DNA of 64,000 nucleotides, taken from NCBI GenBank assembly GCA_951406725.2, contig OX597840.1, positions 20,708,001 through 20,772,000 on the forward strand. Direction: 5' to 3'. Positions 41,783 to 54,260 of the stretch are shown here, piece after piece (position 1 is the first letter of the stretch; every line of letters begins with the position of its first letter). The translations under genes were made by a program, and so were the position numbers. Under the pieces are notes generated by a model. That model made no database searches. It saw only the letters and a list, made by a program, of their open reading frames with translations, and was not told where the DNA came from. Source of the stretch: Octopus vulgaris (lineage: Eukaryota).

Positions 41783-42340
41783 GGAGGAGGAGGAGGAGGA
41801 GGAGGAGGAGGAGGAGGAGGAGGGTGGGGTGGAAGGATTGCAGAATATATTTGAAAGTAACCAGGGGTGGGTCTTGTGAAATATTTGGAAAGAAGCAAAG
41901 TTTGAAGGATTCGTTTGGGAAGGAAATGTGAAAAAAAGAAAACGCACACACGCAGTCACACATACACACATACACGCATACATTCACACACTTACACTCA
42001 CACACACACACACACACGTACGCATAAACACATATACACACACATTCACACATACAAACACACACCCACAAGCACACACATACACACAAATACATACACA
42101 CATACATACACACACACACACACAAATGCATACATACACACATACGTACATGTACACACACGTGCACACAAATACACACATACACACAAATACATACATA
42201 CACACATACGTACATGTACACACACATAAACGTACATACACATACGCACACATACATGCACGTATACATTCGCATACACTAAAATACACTCACACACATG
42301 AACACATACACACAAATACTCGCACACATACGCGCACATA

Positions 42341-42431
<91 letters not shown>

Positions 42432-42712
42432 ACAAGCGTCCTTTGTAAACGGAATGGCGATAAAACGCAAACTGGAAACTAAGGTCACCGAGAGAGAAAG
42501 AGAGAAAACAAAAAGGTTTTTGATTGAAACTAAACGAACAGAAAATACAAAAAAATAATGATAATATTTTTATGGGTTTGTCAAGAGGGAGGGACAGGGC
42601 CCTTGGCCTTCACACTGGCCTCCCACTGAGCCTGGTGAGTTTGATACCGTTCATGTCCTGTTTGAAGTCTACGACTGCAGGGTAAAGCGCATGGGAGGAG
42701 GGTCCTCGAATG

Positions 42713-43206
42713 GCGTTCACATCATGATGAGAAAATCAAAGCGAACTAAAGAAAGATGTGGACAGAAGACGCTTTCTTGGTCAGCATTTGGGGACAGGGG
42801 CGAAGTTAGACGGTATGAAATCTCGCAATGGAGTGAAAGATCCGGGACTGAAGGCAGTTGTTATAAAAAAAGCTTGTGGAGAAACACCAGATTGACGCCT
42901 CCCGAGAAATAAGTGCCTGGGTTAAAAAATCACGTGATCGACCTGACAATCGGATGTTGTTACACATCGCTGGTCACAATGCGCTGTGCATTGTTTTCGG
43001 TTTCGAATGATGCCACCCCGCTGGCCAGGCGAGGAGGCCAACAATGCCCCCTGATCGGAAGGTTAGTCCCGCTGCGAGGTTACCCATAGGGGACCTTGAA
43101 GGAATTCACATCATGATGAGAAAGTCAGAGCAAAATAATGAAAGATGCCTTCTTGGTCAGCATTCGGGGAAAGAGGTGAAGTTAGACGACATGAAACCTC
43201 ACGTTG
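42713..43206 (+). repeat. Diverged ~110-bp direct repeat (42713-42830 and 43101-43206)
   Basis: Shared ttcacatcatgatgagaaa...ttcttggtcagcatt...gaagttagacg. Confidence 0.8.
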
Positions 43207-44256
43207 CCTCAACCACCGCCTCACACCGGTTCGATTTCCACTTATTTACCTTTTTCTAAAATTGCAACCTATTCAATAGTTGACTATTGAATAGGTTACA
43301 AGAAGCAACGAAAATTTTATAAAAAATAAATAAGTAAATTAGTGGAAATCGAACCAGTGAGTCTATTAATTAATAAGGCATTAAAACAGGATTACTCTCC
43401 CCGGACAAAATAAAATATGCTTCAACACACGAATTCACACAAAGAACCTAACAAACCAAATACAAAAACGAAATATATGCGTGTGTGTGTGTGTTTCTAT
43501 CTCTATCTAACCGCCTATCTTCCTGTCTGCTATTTATCTTTCGATCTATCCGTCTGTTTGTCTATTTATATGTTTGTCTTTCTGCCTGTCGCCACACTAC
43601 TTTCACCTCTTTTAACATAATTTAAACATCCCACAATAAATATGTTAACACTAACTTAACTAAAGCCCAATTTAGATAAATTCTTAAGTCATACGGAGAC
43701 AAGAATCTTGACTTTTAAACGCTAAGCCCTTCGTCGCCATCGTCACGGAGAGAAAAACACTTATTTTTCGTCAAAGCAGACGACCGCTAGCGTCCATCTT
43801 ACTTTCTACTTTATAATACGTTCAAAGCAGCTTTGCGCTGTTTGTGTTACTTTTTAATCTATAGATATTGACTATTTAAACCTGAAGAAGAAAAATACCA
43901 AGGAAACTGTTCCGACTGGAATCTTGACTTCCAATAATCGGTCTTGTCTGATGGCTGTGTACATGTGTGTGTATATATATGTCGGCGACCTATCTTATGA
44001 CTGTGTGTGTGTGTATCGCTATCGCTAGTCTGTCTGCATGTGTTGTGTGTGTGTTTGTGCATGTATGTATTTGTCTACGTGAGGTTTATAGTGTGTGCGC
44101 GGGTGGCATTTCTTCAAAAGGGCCCTGTTAATCCCACCGTTAAATTGCGTTCGGCGTGCAAAGTGTACGAAAGAGACGGTTGTTCCGTACATTGTGATTT
44201 GCAAAAATTATCGTCGATAAATAATGATGGCGGTCGTAAAGACGATGGTGGCGCTG

Positions 44257-44339
<83 letters not shown>

Positions 44340-44345
44340 TTGGTT

Positions 44346-44377
<32 letters not shown>

Positions 44378-44694
44378 ATGTTGTGGTAGTGATGTGTAAT
44401 GATTGGTTGAGGTGCTAGTAGTGGTTGTGCTATGGTGATGGTGGTGGCAGTGATGGTGATTGTGGTGGTGGTGGTGGTGGTAGCGATGGTGGTGGTAGTG
44501 ATTGTGGAGGTAGTGGTGGTGGTGGTGGTGGTGATTGTGGTGGTGGTGGTGATTGTGGTGGTTATGGTGGTTATGGTGGTGGTGGAGGTGGTAGTGATTG
44601 TGGTGGTTATGGTGGTTATGGTGGTGGTGGTGGTGGTGGTGGTAGTGATTGTGGTGGTTGTGGTGGTGGTGGTGGTTGTGGTGGTGGTAGTGGC

Positions 44695-44967
44695 GGGTCA
44701 CATTTTCCACACTTTCCACAGAGTCTGCATTTCTGGGTGTCAGAAGCTCTATAAACGTTATACTTCACTGACTTGGTAGTGAGAGCCTGATCTTATGCAG
44801 CAATGATCAGGCTTTCAGTGGTACGCTTCAAATCAGCTCGCTCAAGCCATGCCCGCGATGCTGTATTAGCCTTAAAGTCTTGTGTATTCCTTTCAAACTG
44901 TCCATGCATTCTCATTTCAAGATCTTTTCTGTTCTCCTCAGCTCTTTGGTTAAACTCTGCCTTGCCC
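44695..44967 (-). pseudogene. R4/Dong-like (restriction-like endonuclease) non-LTR retrotransposon ORF fragment
   Basis: Minus-strand translation MHGQFERNTQDFKANTASRAWLERADLKRTTESLIIAA*DQALTTK...KCRLCG matches the HGQF..WL..LK..TE..AAQDQAL..CRLC pattern; contains a stop and a frameshift. Confidence 0.8.
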
Positions 44968-45468
44968 GAGTGAGAGAGCAGTGCATGCCCTCAAAGTGAC
45001 ACTGGGGTAAAATATAGGAAGCCCAGTATACCCATCATGACTACCCGACTGATAAGGGTACACCAGGCACATACATCACAATCCTATGTGCACGACATGG
45101 TGATCTCATATCAAGATAAACAGCACATGACCTTGCAGGTGGGGCCCAGTTACTATTTTTTTCTGGTTAAGTAGCCCATCCTGCTCAAAAGGTCCCTGAA
45201 TGAGGATTGTTTAAGGATGTTGAACGAAACACCCATGTTTCCAGAGGTGAATTATTCAAACCCCAAACACATGGCTATAATGCTCCCCCACTACTTCTGC
45301 CCGTGATCAGAGACGCACATATTATCAGCCACCAAGGGACATGCTCAACTGGTTATGGTCAAACAACTGAGAAGCGAATATTGAGCAGAATATTTGCTAT
45401 AAGTTCATCTTTTATACCAAGACAAAACAATGTACATGATAACAATCCCAATTATTATCATTATTATT

Positions 45469-45666
45469 AGAATCGTTAGCACGCCTGCCAAAATCCTTAG
45501 CAGTATTTCGCCCGTCGCTACGTTCTGAGTTCAAATTCCGCCAAGGTCGACTTTGCCTTTCAGCCTTTCGTGGTCGATGAATTAAGTACCAGTGAAACAC
45601 TGCAGTTGATGTAATCAACTAGTCCCCGCCACCAAAATTCCAGGCCTTGTGCCTTTAGTAGGAAGG

Positions 45667-45698
<32 letters not shown>

Positions 45699-45950
45699 TA
45701 TTATTATTATGATTATTATTATCATTATCATCATCATCATCGTCAAGGCGGTGAAGTAGCAGAATCGTTAGCATACCGGACAAAATGCTTAGTGACATTT
45801 TGTCCGTCTTTCCGTACCGAGTTCAAATTCCTTCGGGACCGGGTTTCGCCTTTCATCCTTTCGATGTCGATGAAATAAATGCCGGTCGATGTATTCGACA
45901 CGTCCCCCTCCCCTCAAATTTGTGACCTTGTGCCTAGAGTAGAATCGGTT
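45469..45950 (+). mobile_element. Two SINE family 2 copies (45469-45667 and 45746-45950)
   Basis: Match 32666-32830. Confidence 0.8.
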
Positions 45951-45980
45951 ATTACCGTTGTTGTTGTTGTTGTTGTTGTT

Positions 45981-46014
<34 letters not shown>

Positions 46015-46884
46015 TTAGATAAATATTTGTAGTTTATTTTATTTTATTTTATTTTATTTTATTTTATTTTTCTTCCACTCAGTCAAACCTCTTCAGGGGT
46101 TTTGCAGTAATATTTGACCACCGAAGTAGTTTTAATGTAGTGGCGGGGTCGGGTGGGAGGGGGGGAGATATGGGGTGGGGTTGATTGGTATACAGGGAAC
46201 TTTGGGATCGGATGGAGGGGGGAGTGAGTGGGGGAGAAGGGCTGCTGCTTTTCGCGGTCGGTGGGTTAGGCGGGTGGGAGTGGAGGATTTGTGAACATTT
46301 AGCTTTGGAGGTAATTGAATTGTGTGTAAGCGTGTGTGTGTGTGTGTTTATATACATACACACACACACATATATATATATGTATATATATGCGGTTGTG
46401 TGTATATGGGTGTGTGTGTGTGTGTCTGTGTGTGTATTTCTCATAATGGTTGCGTGCGTAGAAGGGTGTGCCTGTATAAATGCGTGCGGGTGTATATACT
46501 GAGAGGGTGAGTTTGAGGAATATTGAAGGTGTGTTTGTGTGGCCGAAACAGGCGATAGGGCGTGTGTGTGAGTATAGATGTATATATACATTATAATATA
46601 TACATGTGTGTGTGTATATATATATGTATATATATATATATATATATATTTATACACACATACACACACTCAGAGAGGCATATATGTACATTCATCCATA
46701 AATATATATAAAATTTTTCATATACATCAGCAAAGTAAATACACATGTATGTATGTGTGTGTGTGTGTATGTATTCATATATATACGCAATTTTCTCGTG
46801 GGTGGTTTTTCTTAAGCACACACACATACACACTTGTAATATTTAAATATACATACACACAAATATATATATATATATATATAC

Positions 46885-46929
<45 letters not shown>

Positions 46930-46972
46930 TATATATGTATGTATGTATGTATGTATATATATATATACATAC

Positions 46973-47053
<81 letters not shown>

Positions 47054-47365
47054 TATATATAGGCACAAACACGCACTCTCCCCCTTCTATCTCTCTCTCT
47101 CGAATCGGCGCCGTTCTCGGCCCAATCTCTGTATAATCTCAGCTGAGGCAATATTTGAAACCGTCTCATTTGGGATTATTAAATGTCTGCTGCGAGGGGG
47201 GGGGGTGAGGAAGACATACCCGTTGACTATCACTTACACCGGATACTTTCGATCGTAATACACCGGCTTTTGTGTGGTCATGCGTGAAGTAGTAGTAGAG
47301 ACGATGGCTGTGGTTGTGGTGGTAGGGGTGACGGTGGTTGTGGTTATGGTAGTAGTGGTAGTAGC

Positions 47366-47403
<38 letters not shown>

Positions 47404-47459
47404 CAATTGTATTCGTAGCAGTGGTTGTGGTGGTAGTAACAGATGTAGTAATAGTAATT

Positions 47460-47492
<33 letters not shown>

Positions 47493-47588
47493 ACAGAAGT
47501 AGTAATAGTAATTGTAGTAGTAGTAGTAGTAGCAATTGTATTGGTAGCAGTGGTTGTGGTGGTAGTAACAGAAGTAGTAATAGTAATT

Positions 47589-47644
<56 letters not shown>

Positions 47645-47654
47645 GGTGGTGGTG

Positions 47655-47880
47655 ATGTTTTCGAATTTTGGCACAAGTCCAGTAATTTCAAGGAAGCGGT
47701 CAAGTCGATTACGTCGAACCCAGTACTCGATTTGGTACTTGTTTTTTTTTTATCGACCCCCGAAAGGGATGAAAGATAAAGTCGACCCTCGGCGGAATTT
47801 GAACTCAGAATGTAAAGCTGGACGAAACGCCGCTGAGCATTTTTTCCGGGCGTGCTAACGACTCTGCCAGCTCACCGCCT
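47655..47880 (-). mobile_element. SINE family 2 copy
   Basis: Reverse-complement match. Confidence 0.8.
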
Positions 47881-48040
47881 TATCAGAAGTATTGTTTTGT
47901 TATGGTGACAGCCATGGCGATAGTGATCGTGATGATGATGATGTTGGTTGTCATAGAAAAGGTGGTGGTGAAGGAGAAGGGAGAGGATACAATCGGGGGT
48001 GGAGGTGCTGCTGCTGATGTCAGCGATGACGGCCATGGCA

Positions 48041-48523
48041 GTGTTGGGGATTGCTGTAATATGTCGCTATTTATAGCAGACACAATCTTGGACAGAACTG
48101 AATGGGTGTGCCTAATTTGCATAAGTGTGCAAGCGTTGATTACTTGAATAAAAAAAAATAAATAAAAACATTAATTAATTAATTAATTGATCAATTAATT
48201 AATAGAAGCCTTGCACTGACATATAGTAACCATATGTAGGTGTGTTTTTAGTAAACATTTCTCTATTTCTTTATTTTTCAATTCGGCGACGAAAAAGCAC
48301 TTGGGGGGCCAAGAAGGAGAATGATGCGTCAGGGACGAATATTTGATGATGATTATGATGATGATGATGATGGTGGTGGTGGTAGTGGGGATAATTCTTG
48401 CAATAGAATGTCATTTATAGTATGTAAAATGGGTCTGCCTAATTTGCATAAGTGTGCATATGCTGCCTACCTGAATTAATTAATTAATTGATTGATTAAT
48501 TAATTAAATAATTCAGGTAGGCA

Positions 48524-48529
<6 letters not shown>
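48041..48529. promoter_or_regulatory. Locally duplicated candidate enhancer with a POU octamer and a MEF2 site
   Basis: 31-bp core at 48101-48131 and 48428-48458 (1 mismatch) containing ATTTGCAT; CTATTTATAG at 48067-48076. Confidence 0.4.
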
Positions 48530-48587
<58 letters not shown>

Positions 48588-49091
48588 TAGACATATATAT
48601 ATGTATATACATATATTTATTGGAAGGTTTGGAGATGATGTACAGGTATTATATATTAGAAGAAATGAGGTAATCAGAAGATCGAATGGTTTATATTTAC
48701 AGATATTTATTTGTATATTACATTTTTTATATATATATCATATCACTTAGATCATTAGCGCTTTCTCCCATTCTAGTGGGGTTTTCAAATCAAACTAAGT
48801 TCCTATGTGTGGAGTTTTGACCATTTTATAGAGTTTGTAGTGGTGGGGAGGAATATACATATATATACATATTTATATATATATCAAAAGTATGTATTAT
48901 AATACTATTCCACACATACAATAACAGCCATACCAACAATCCAAAATACCTCCATCATCAGCCGCCCCACGATTATCATCATGGTTTCGACACCTGAGCA
49001 GTACCATTCAATCCGTCGGTGTCAACATCACGAAAATAAGTGCCGATATTCATATATATATATACATACATATATATATATGTATATGTCA

Positions 49092-49134
<43 letters not shown>

Positions 49135-49544
49135 TGTGTCTGCGGGCGTACACGCACACACACTTATATATACATAGAAATTACATGTGTATGTATATGT
49201 GTGTGTGTGTGTGTATGTCGGTGTGTGCGCGCGCGTGTGTACACATACTGGTAAACGCCTGTATTGATTTCTTGCTTAAAGGACGATAAAAAGAAAATGT
49301 TTATATTACAAGAAACAGAAGTATATATGCCCCACACTCATACATACAAATATATACACATACAGCCATGCACACACACATGTATATATATATATATATA
49401 TATATAAACACACATACATATAAATACATGCATGAGTGCATGACAGTGTATACATATCCATGTGTGTGTGTGTGTCTGTGTGTTTGTGCGGTGCTGTAAA
49501 TTCTTAGCTTAATAAAATGCATGTTTATTCATGCATAATTGTAC

Positions 49545-49587
<43 letters not shown>

Positions 49588-49874
49588 CATACTTACGCTA
49601 TATGATGTATAACATTTGCATATAGGTATGTATATATGTGTATTTATGAATGTGTTATATATACTCATATATACATGTATGTATATGTATGTATATATGT
49701 ATATATACGTATATATATATATATATGTATGTATATATATATATACATACATATATACATATATATATACATATACATGCATATAAATATAATAAACATA
49801 CATACATCTACATGCATACATATATACATATGTGTATATATATACATATCTATATATACACATATATATATGTA

Positions 49875-49943
<69 letters not shown>

Positions 49944-50280
49944 TTAAGCGATCATTATATGTATATAGAAATACATACTAAGAATTTTTCATAAGCTGAA
50001 TTATAGTTGGAAATATTAACGATTGGTTTACAAAATCACTTCCGCTTCTTTTCCTCATTTAAGCCAACTTCCTGTCATCTGGTGACCACCGCCATCTTGT
50101 TCCAATTTAAGCATATTAACCGAAATCTTGACTTACTCATGCGCTTGTCCGAATGTGTGTGGGTCACTGACTTAGGGAAGCTTACGTCGTGCCAATGCCA
50201 GATTCTGAGATTCAATTCGGGAGTATACGATGTAGATATTAAAGGAAAAGAAAAGAATAAAGTAAAAAGCGGGACGATTT

Positions 50281-50512
50281 GGCGTGGCTCTAGGCGCAGG
50301 CGTGGCTCTAGGCGCAGGCGTGGCTCTAGGCGCAGGCGTGGCTCTAGGCGCAGGCGTGGCTGTGTGGTGAGAAGTTTGCTTCCTAGTCAAATGGTTTCTG
50401 CTCCAGTTCCACTGTGCGGCACCTTTGGCATTTGTTTTCTCTATAACCTTAATGCCGACCAAAGCCTTGTGTGTGGATTTTGTGGACGGAAACTGAAAGA
50501 AGCCCGTCGCAT
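50281..50512 (+). mobile_element. SINE family 1 5' half with a tandemly repeated 18-bp head
   Basis: (ggcgcaggcgtggctcta) about 4.5 times, then the normal SINE body. Confidence 0.85.
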
Positions 50513-50513
50513 A

Positions 50514-50586
<73 letters not shown>

Positions 50587-50794
50587 ATGTTAAAAAATAT
50601 ATATATATATATCAATTAAAATCAAGGAAAAAATCTCTATAGGACTTTTCAAGTAGCCAGCATGTAAAAACCAATGAAGATAAAAAGTAATTAATTTCTA
50701 AATATAATTATAAAATACTTCGTATTAATTTTTACCTTAATTGACTTGTATATGCTAGCTACTTGATAAAATCCTATATAGATTCAATCCTCGA

Positions 50795-51552
50795 TTATAA
50801 TGACCACCTCGAGAACCCAGTTTCCACAAGAACTGTTCACCGGGAGCTGTACAAAGCCGGATTTCTCGGGAGGGCTGCAAACAGAAAACCACTACTTTCA
50901 AAAACAAACATTGCAAAGCGTTTAGAGTGGAGTAAAAACCTATAGAATTGATCCCTAGAGCAGTGGAAGAATGTTATTTTCTAGGACGAGTCATCCTTTA
51001 CCTTATTTCCAACCACTGGCCGAGTATACATATGGAGACAACCAAAAGAATCATTTGACCCAGACTGTCTTCTTCCAACTGTTAAACATGGAGAAGGATC
51101 TGTGATTTTTTTCAATTTTTATTGGCTCAAAAAGCAAAAGCAAAACCATGTAGGGGGACAGGGAGTTATGTACAGGGAAGGTGGTCATACAAAGAGTTCA
51201 GGCCATTGAACCGAGCGTCGTCGGCATCTTTACTATCTCGTCCGGCGGCTTATTCCACGGATCTGGGAGTGGCTATATCTTGGAAATCCGCCAGCCCAAT
51301 GGTTTCCCTTCATGGCTGAAGTAATAGTCAAGACTATTTAAGCATTTTATCTGATCGAATTTATCCTATGGTTGTGGAACTGTTTCGGGAGGGAAACGCA
51401 ATGTTTCAGAATGATAATACACCAATTCACACAACTAAAGTTGTTACTGAATGGCACAAGGAACATTCTAGTGAAGTTGGACATCTTTTGTGGCCACCAC
51501 AGTCCCCAGATCTCAATATTATTGAACCTTTATGGAGCATTTTAGAAAAACA
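50795..51552 (+). pseudogene. Tc1-like transposase remnant with D36E spacing, split by a CR1 fragment
   Basis: VSTRTVHREL..RKPLLS, WKNVIF*DES, PTVKHGEGSV, FQND-36aa-E (WPPQSPDLNIIE); several stops. Confidence 0.9.
51105..51263 (-). mobile_element. CR1-like 3' fragment inserted in the Tc1 remnant
   Basis: Matches 62785-62950 with a deletion. Confidence 0.85.
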
Positions 51553-52415
51553 AGAAAAACAAGATGACCGTGGTGGTTTTGGTATGGTGGTGATCGTGGT
51601 GGTGGTCGTGGTGGTCGTGGTCGTCGTCGTCGTAGTCGTCGTCGTCGTAGTCGTCGTCGTCGTAGTCGTGGAGGTAGATGATGATGATGATGACGATAAT
51701 GTTGATGATGAAGGTGATGATAATGATGACTGTGATGGCGGTGGTGGTGTAGGAGGTAATGGTGGTGCTGGTGGTGGTTAGCATTGAGAGATTAGAATAC
51801 GTGTGTGTGTGTGTGTGTGTGTATGTGTGTGTGTGTGTGCGCGTGGAGAGATCGGAGCAGTGATTATGATTTTGATGGCCGGGTATGTAACGGGTGGTGG
51901 TGTAAAACATGTTCGGGGTACTTCCGAGTAAGATGTTTATTAATATTCATTCTTGTGTGACTAAGCTGCGGCGGCTGGGCTGAGAAAATAGGGAGCTACG
52001 GGTACGGGTGGAGGATGGGGTGGGCTCCGTGATTGGTGGGGTAGGTGTTCGAGTAGGAGATGGGAGTTTGAGTGAGTGTTTGGTCGGGTGGGCGGGAGTG
52101 GCTGGGTGAAAGAACGAGAGAGAAGTGAAGGGGATTGAAAGAGTAATGAAAGAGAGGAAAATGGGGAGAAAAGGAGAGCAAGAGAGAGAGAGAGAGAAAG
52201 AAAGAAACAACAAAGGGATTAATGAGGTTAGTAATAAAATAACAACGGGTGAAGGGGGGACATATATATATATATATACACACATATCTGTATATATTTC
52301 TATATATACATGTATATACATTTATATACATATATCTGTATATACATGTATATATACATATACAGACATATATATATATATATACATGTCTGTATATATA
52401 TATGTGTATATGCAT

Positions 52416-52447
<32 letters not shown>

Positions 52448-52488
52448 ATACAGACATGTATATATATATGTGTGTATTTATATAGACA

Positions 52489-52553
<65 letters not shown>

Positions 52554-52716
52554 TATATTATATAGGAAATTAATATCGAAACTCATCATAAAGACATACC
52601 CGTGTGAAAGAAACTTATTGTATTAAAAAATATATAAATAAATAAATATAAAAATATAAATATAATGTATGAAATAAATTTGATAGTTTAAAAGTTTTGA
52701 AATAAGTATTTAAAGC

Positions 52717-52806
52717 ATCTTACGATCGTTTCGCAGAAGAGTTGTCCCTATAATGAAATCCTATATTGATAAGCATTTATAGACAACGCTTCTGCTCTTC
52801 AGAGAT
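52717..52806 (-). ncRNA. Canonical-core type I hammerhead ribozyme with long stem II and palindromic stem III
   Basis: atct-CTGAAGA-GCAGAAG..(extended gttgtc/gacaac)..CTTCTGC-GAA-ACGATCGT-A-agat. Confidence 0.9.
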
Positions 52807-53032
52807 ATAAAATTTGAATATTGTATAATATATCGAATGATAGTTTTTTTTTTAATTTGAAGTAAAATAGTAAAATGGTGTTTGTTTGAAATGTAAAATA
52901 AATATTAAAAATTACTACTTTTGATGAGAGTTTTTAAATCCATATATATATCCTTGATTATTCTATTGCAATAATCTATAATATTCATACTCAAAATCCT
53001 TCATATTATCTTGTATTCCAGTACAGTTCATA

Positions 53033-53252
53033 TTCTCTTTTACTCTTTTACTTGTTTCAGTCATTTGACTGCGGCCATGCTGGAGCACCGCCTTTAATCG
53101 AGAAACTCGACCCCGGGGCTTATTCTTTGTAAGCCCAGTACTTATTCTATCGGTCTCTTTTGCCGAACCGCTAAGTGACGGGGACATAAACACACCAGCA
53201 TCGGTTGTCAAGCAATGCTAGGAGGACAAACACAGACACACAAACACACACA

Positions 53253-53319
<67 letters not shown>

Positions 53320-53478
53320 GACGGGCTTCTTTCAGTTTCCGTCTTCCAAATCCACTCACAAGGCTTTGGTCGGCCCGAGGCTACAGTAGAAGACACTTGC
53401 TCAAGGTGCCACGCAGTGGGACTGAACCCGGAACCATGTGGTTGGTAAACAAGCTACTTATCACACAGCCACTCCTGC
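53033..53478 (-). mobile_element. SINE family 1, full-length copy
   Basis: Matches family 1. Confidence 0.9.
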
Positions 53479-53576
53479 AGTTAGTTTAGAAATGTGAAAA
53501 TTGTATATACTTTAGTATGAGAATCTTGAAATTCATGTCTTCTTGGTAATTCCTCTGTAGCAATCCATAATATTTT

Positions 53577-53741
53577 TGTGTGTTTACGTCCCTTTAACTT
53601 AGCGGTTCGGCAAAAGAGACCGATAGAATAAGTAATAGGCTTACAAAAGAATAAGTCCTGGGGTAGATTTGCTCGACTAAAAGGTGATGCTGCAGCATGG
53701 CCGCAGTCAAATGACTGAAACAAGTAAAAGAATAAAAGAAT
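53577..53741 (+). mobile_element. SINE family 1 3' fragment
   Basis: Matches the family 1 tail. Confidence 0.85.
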
Positions 53742-53751
53742 GACAAAAGTT

Positions 53752-54181
53752 AGATATTTTCGATTTGAACGGCAGTTTTTTTAAATAATTTCTAGGTAAC
53801 TAAAAAATTTTAAACTTCGTATACTGGTAGAATGTGTTTATAAAACATCTTTTTCTCTCGACTTTATTGAGAAAATTCTATAGTTTGTAAGATATTTGTT
53901 GTTTTTTTTCTTCAATTTCTGCAATTTCAACCAATCAGTGACATCTATTGAGGTAAAAATAAAACCATTCTGTGTCGTATGAATATGTCCCTCGTTTAAG
54001 AAACAAATTGGGTTTATTTACATTTGTAAAGAAAAAAATATACCCTTCCCCCCACCCCTAACCCTAACCCTAACCCTAAAACAGATTGAAATGCAATAGA
54101 TCGAAACTAGGGTCATAATTATGGGTGACAATTTCATATGACACCGCTAGAAAAAAACTGCCGTTCAAACCGAAAAGATCC
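53752..54181. mobile_element. 430-bp non-autonomous DNA transposon with ~30-bp TIRs, 8-9 bp TSD and internal (CCCTAA)4
   Basis: TIRs agatattttcgatttgaacggcagttttt / aaaaactgccgttcaaaccgaaaagatcc; TSD caaaagtt at 53744-53751 and 54182-54189. Confidence 0.85.
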
Positions 54182-54260
54182 CAAAAGTTATTTTACTAAA
54201 TTCGTCAATATTTTCAAAATAAATTTATTTCAACAAAAATATGGTGACAAAAATGTAGAC

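Noticed and set aside
54056-54079. Telomere
   Set aside because: Only four units, and they lie inside a TIR element
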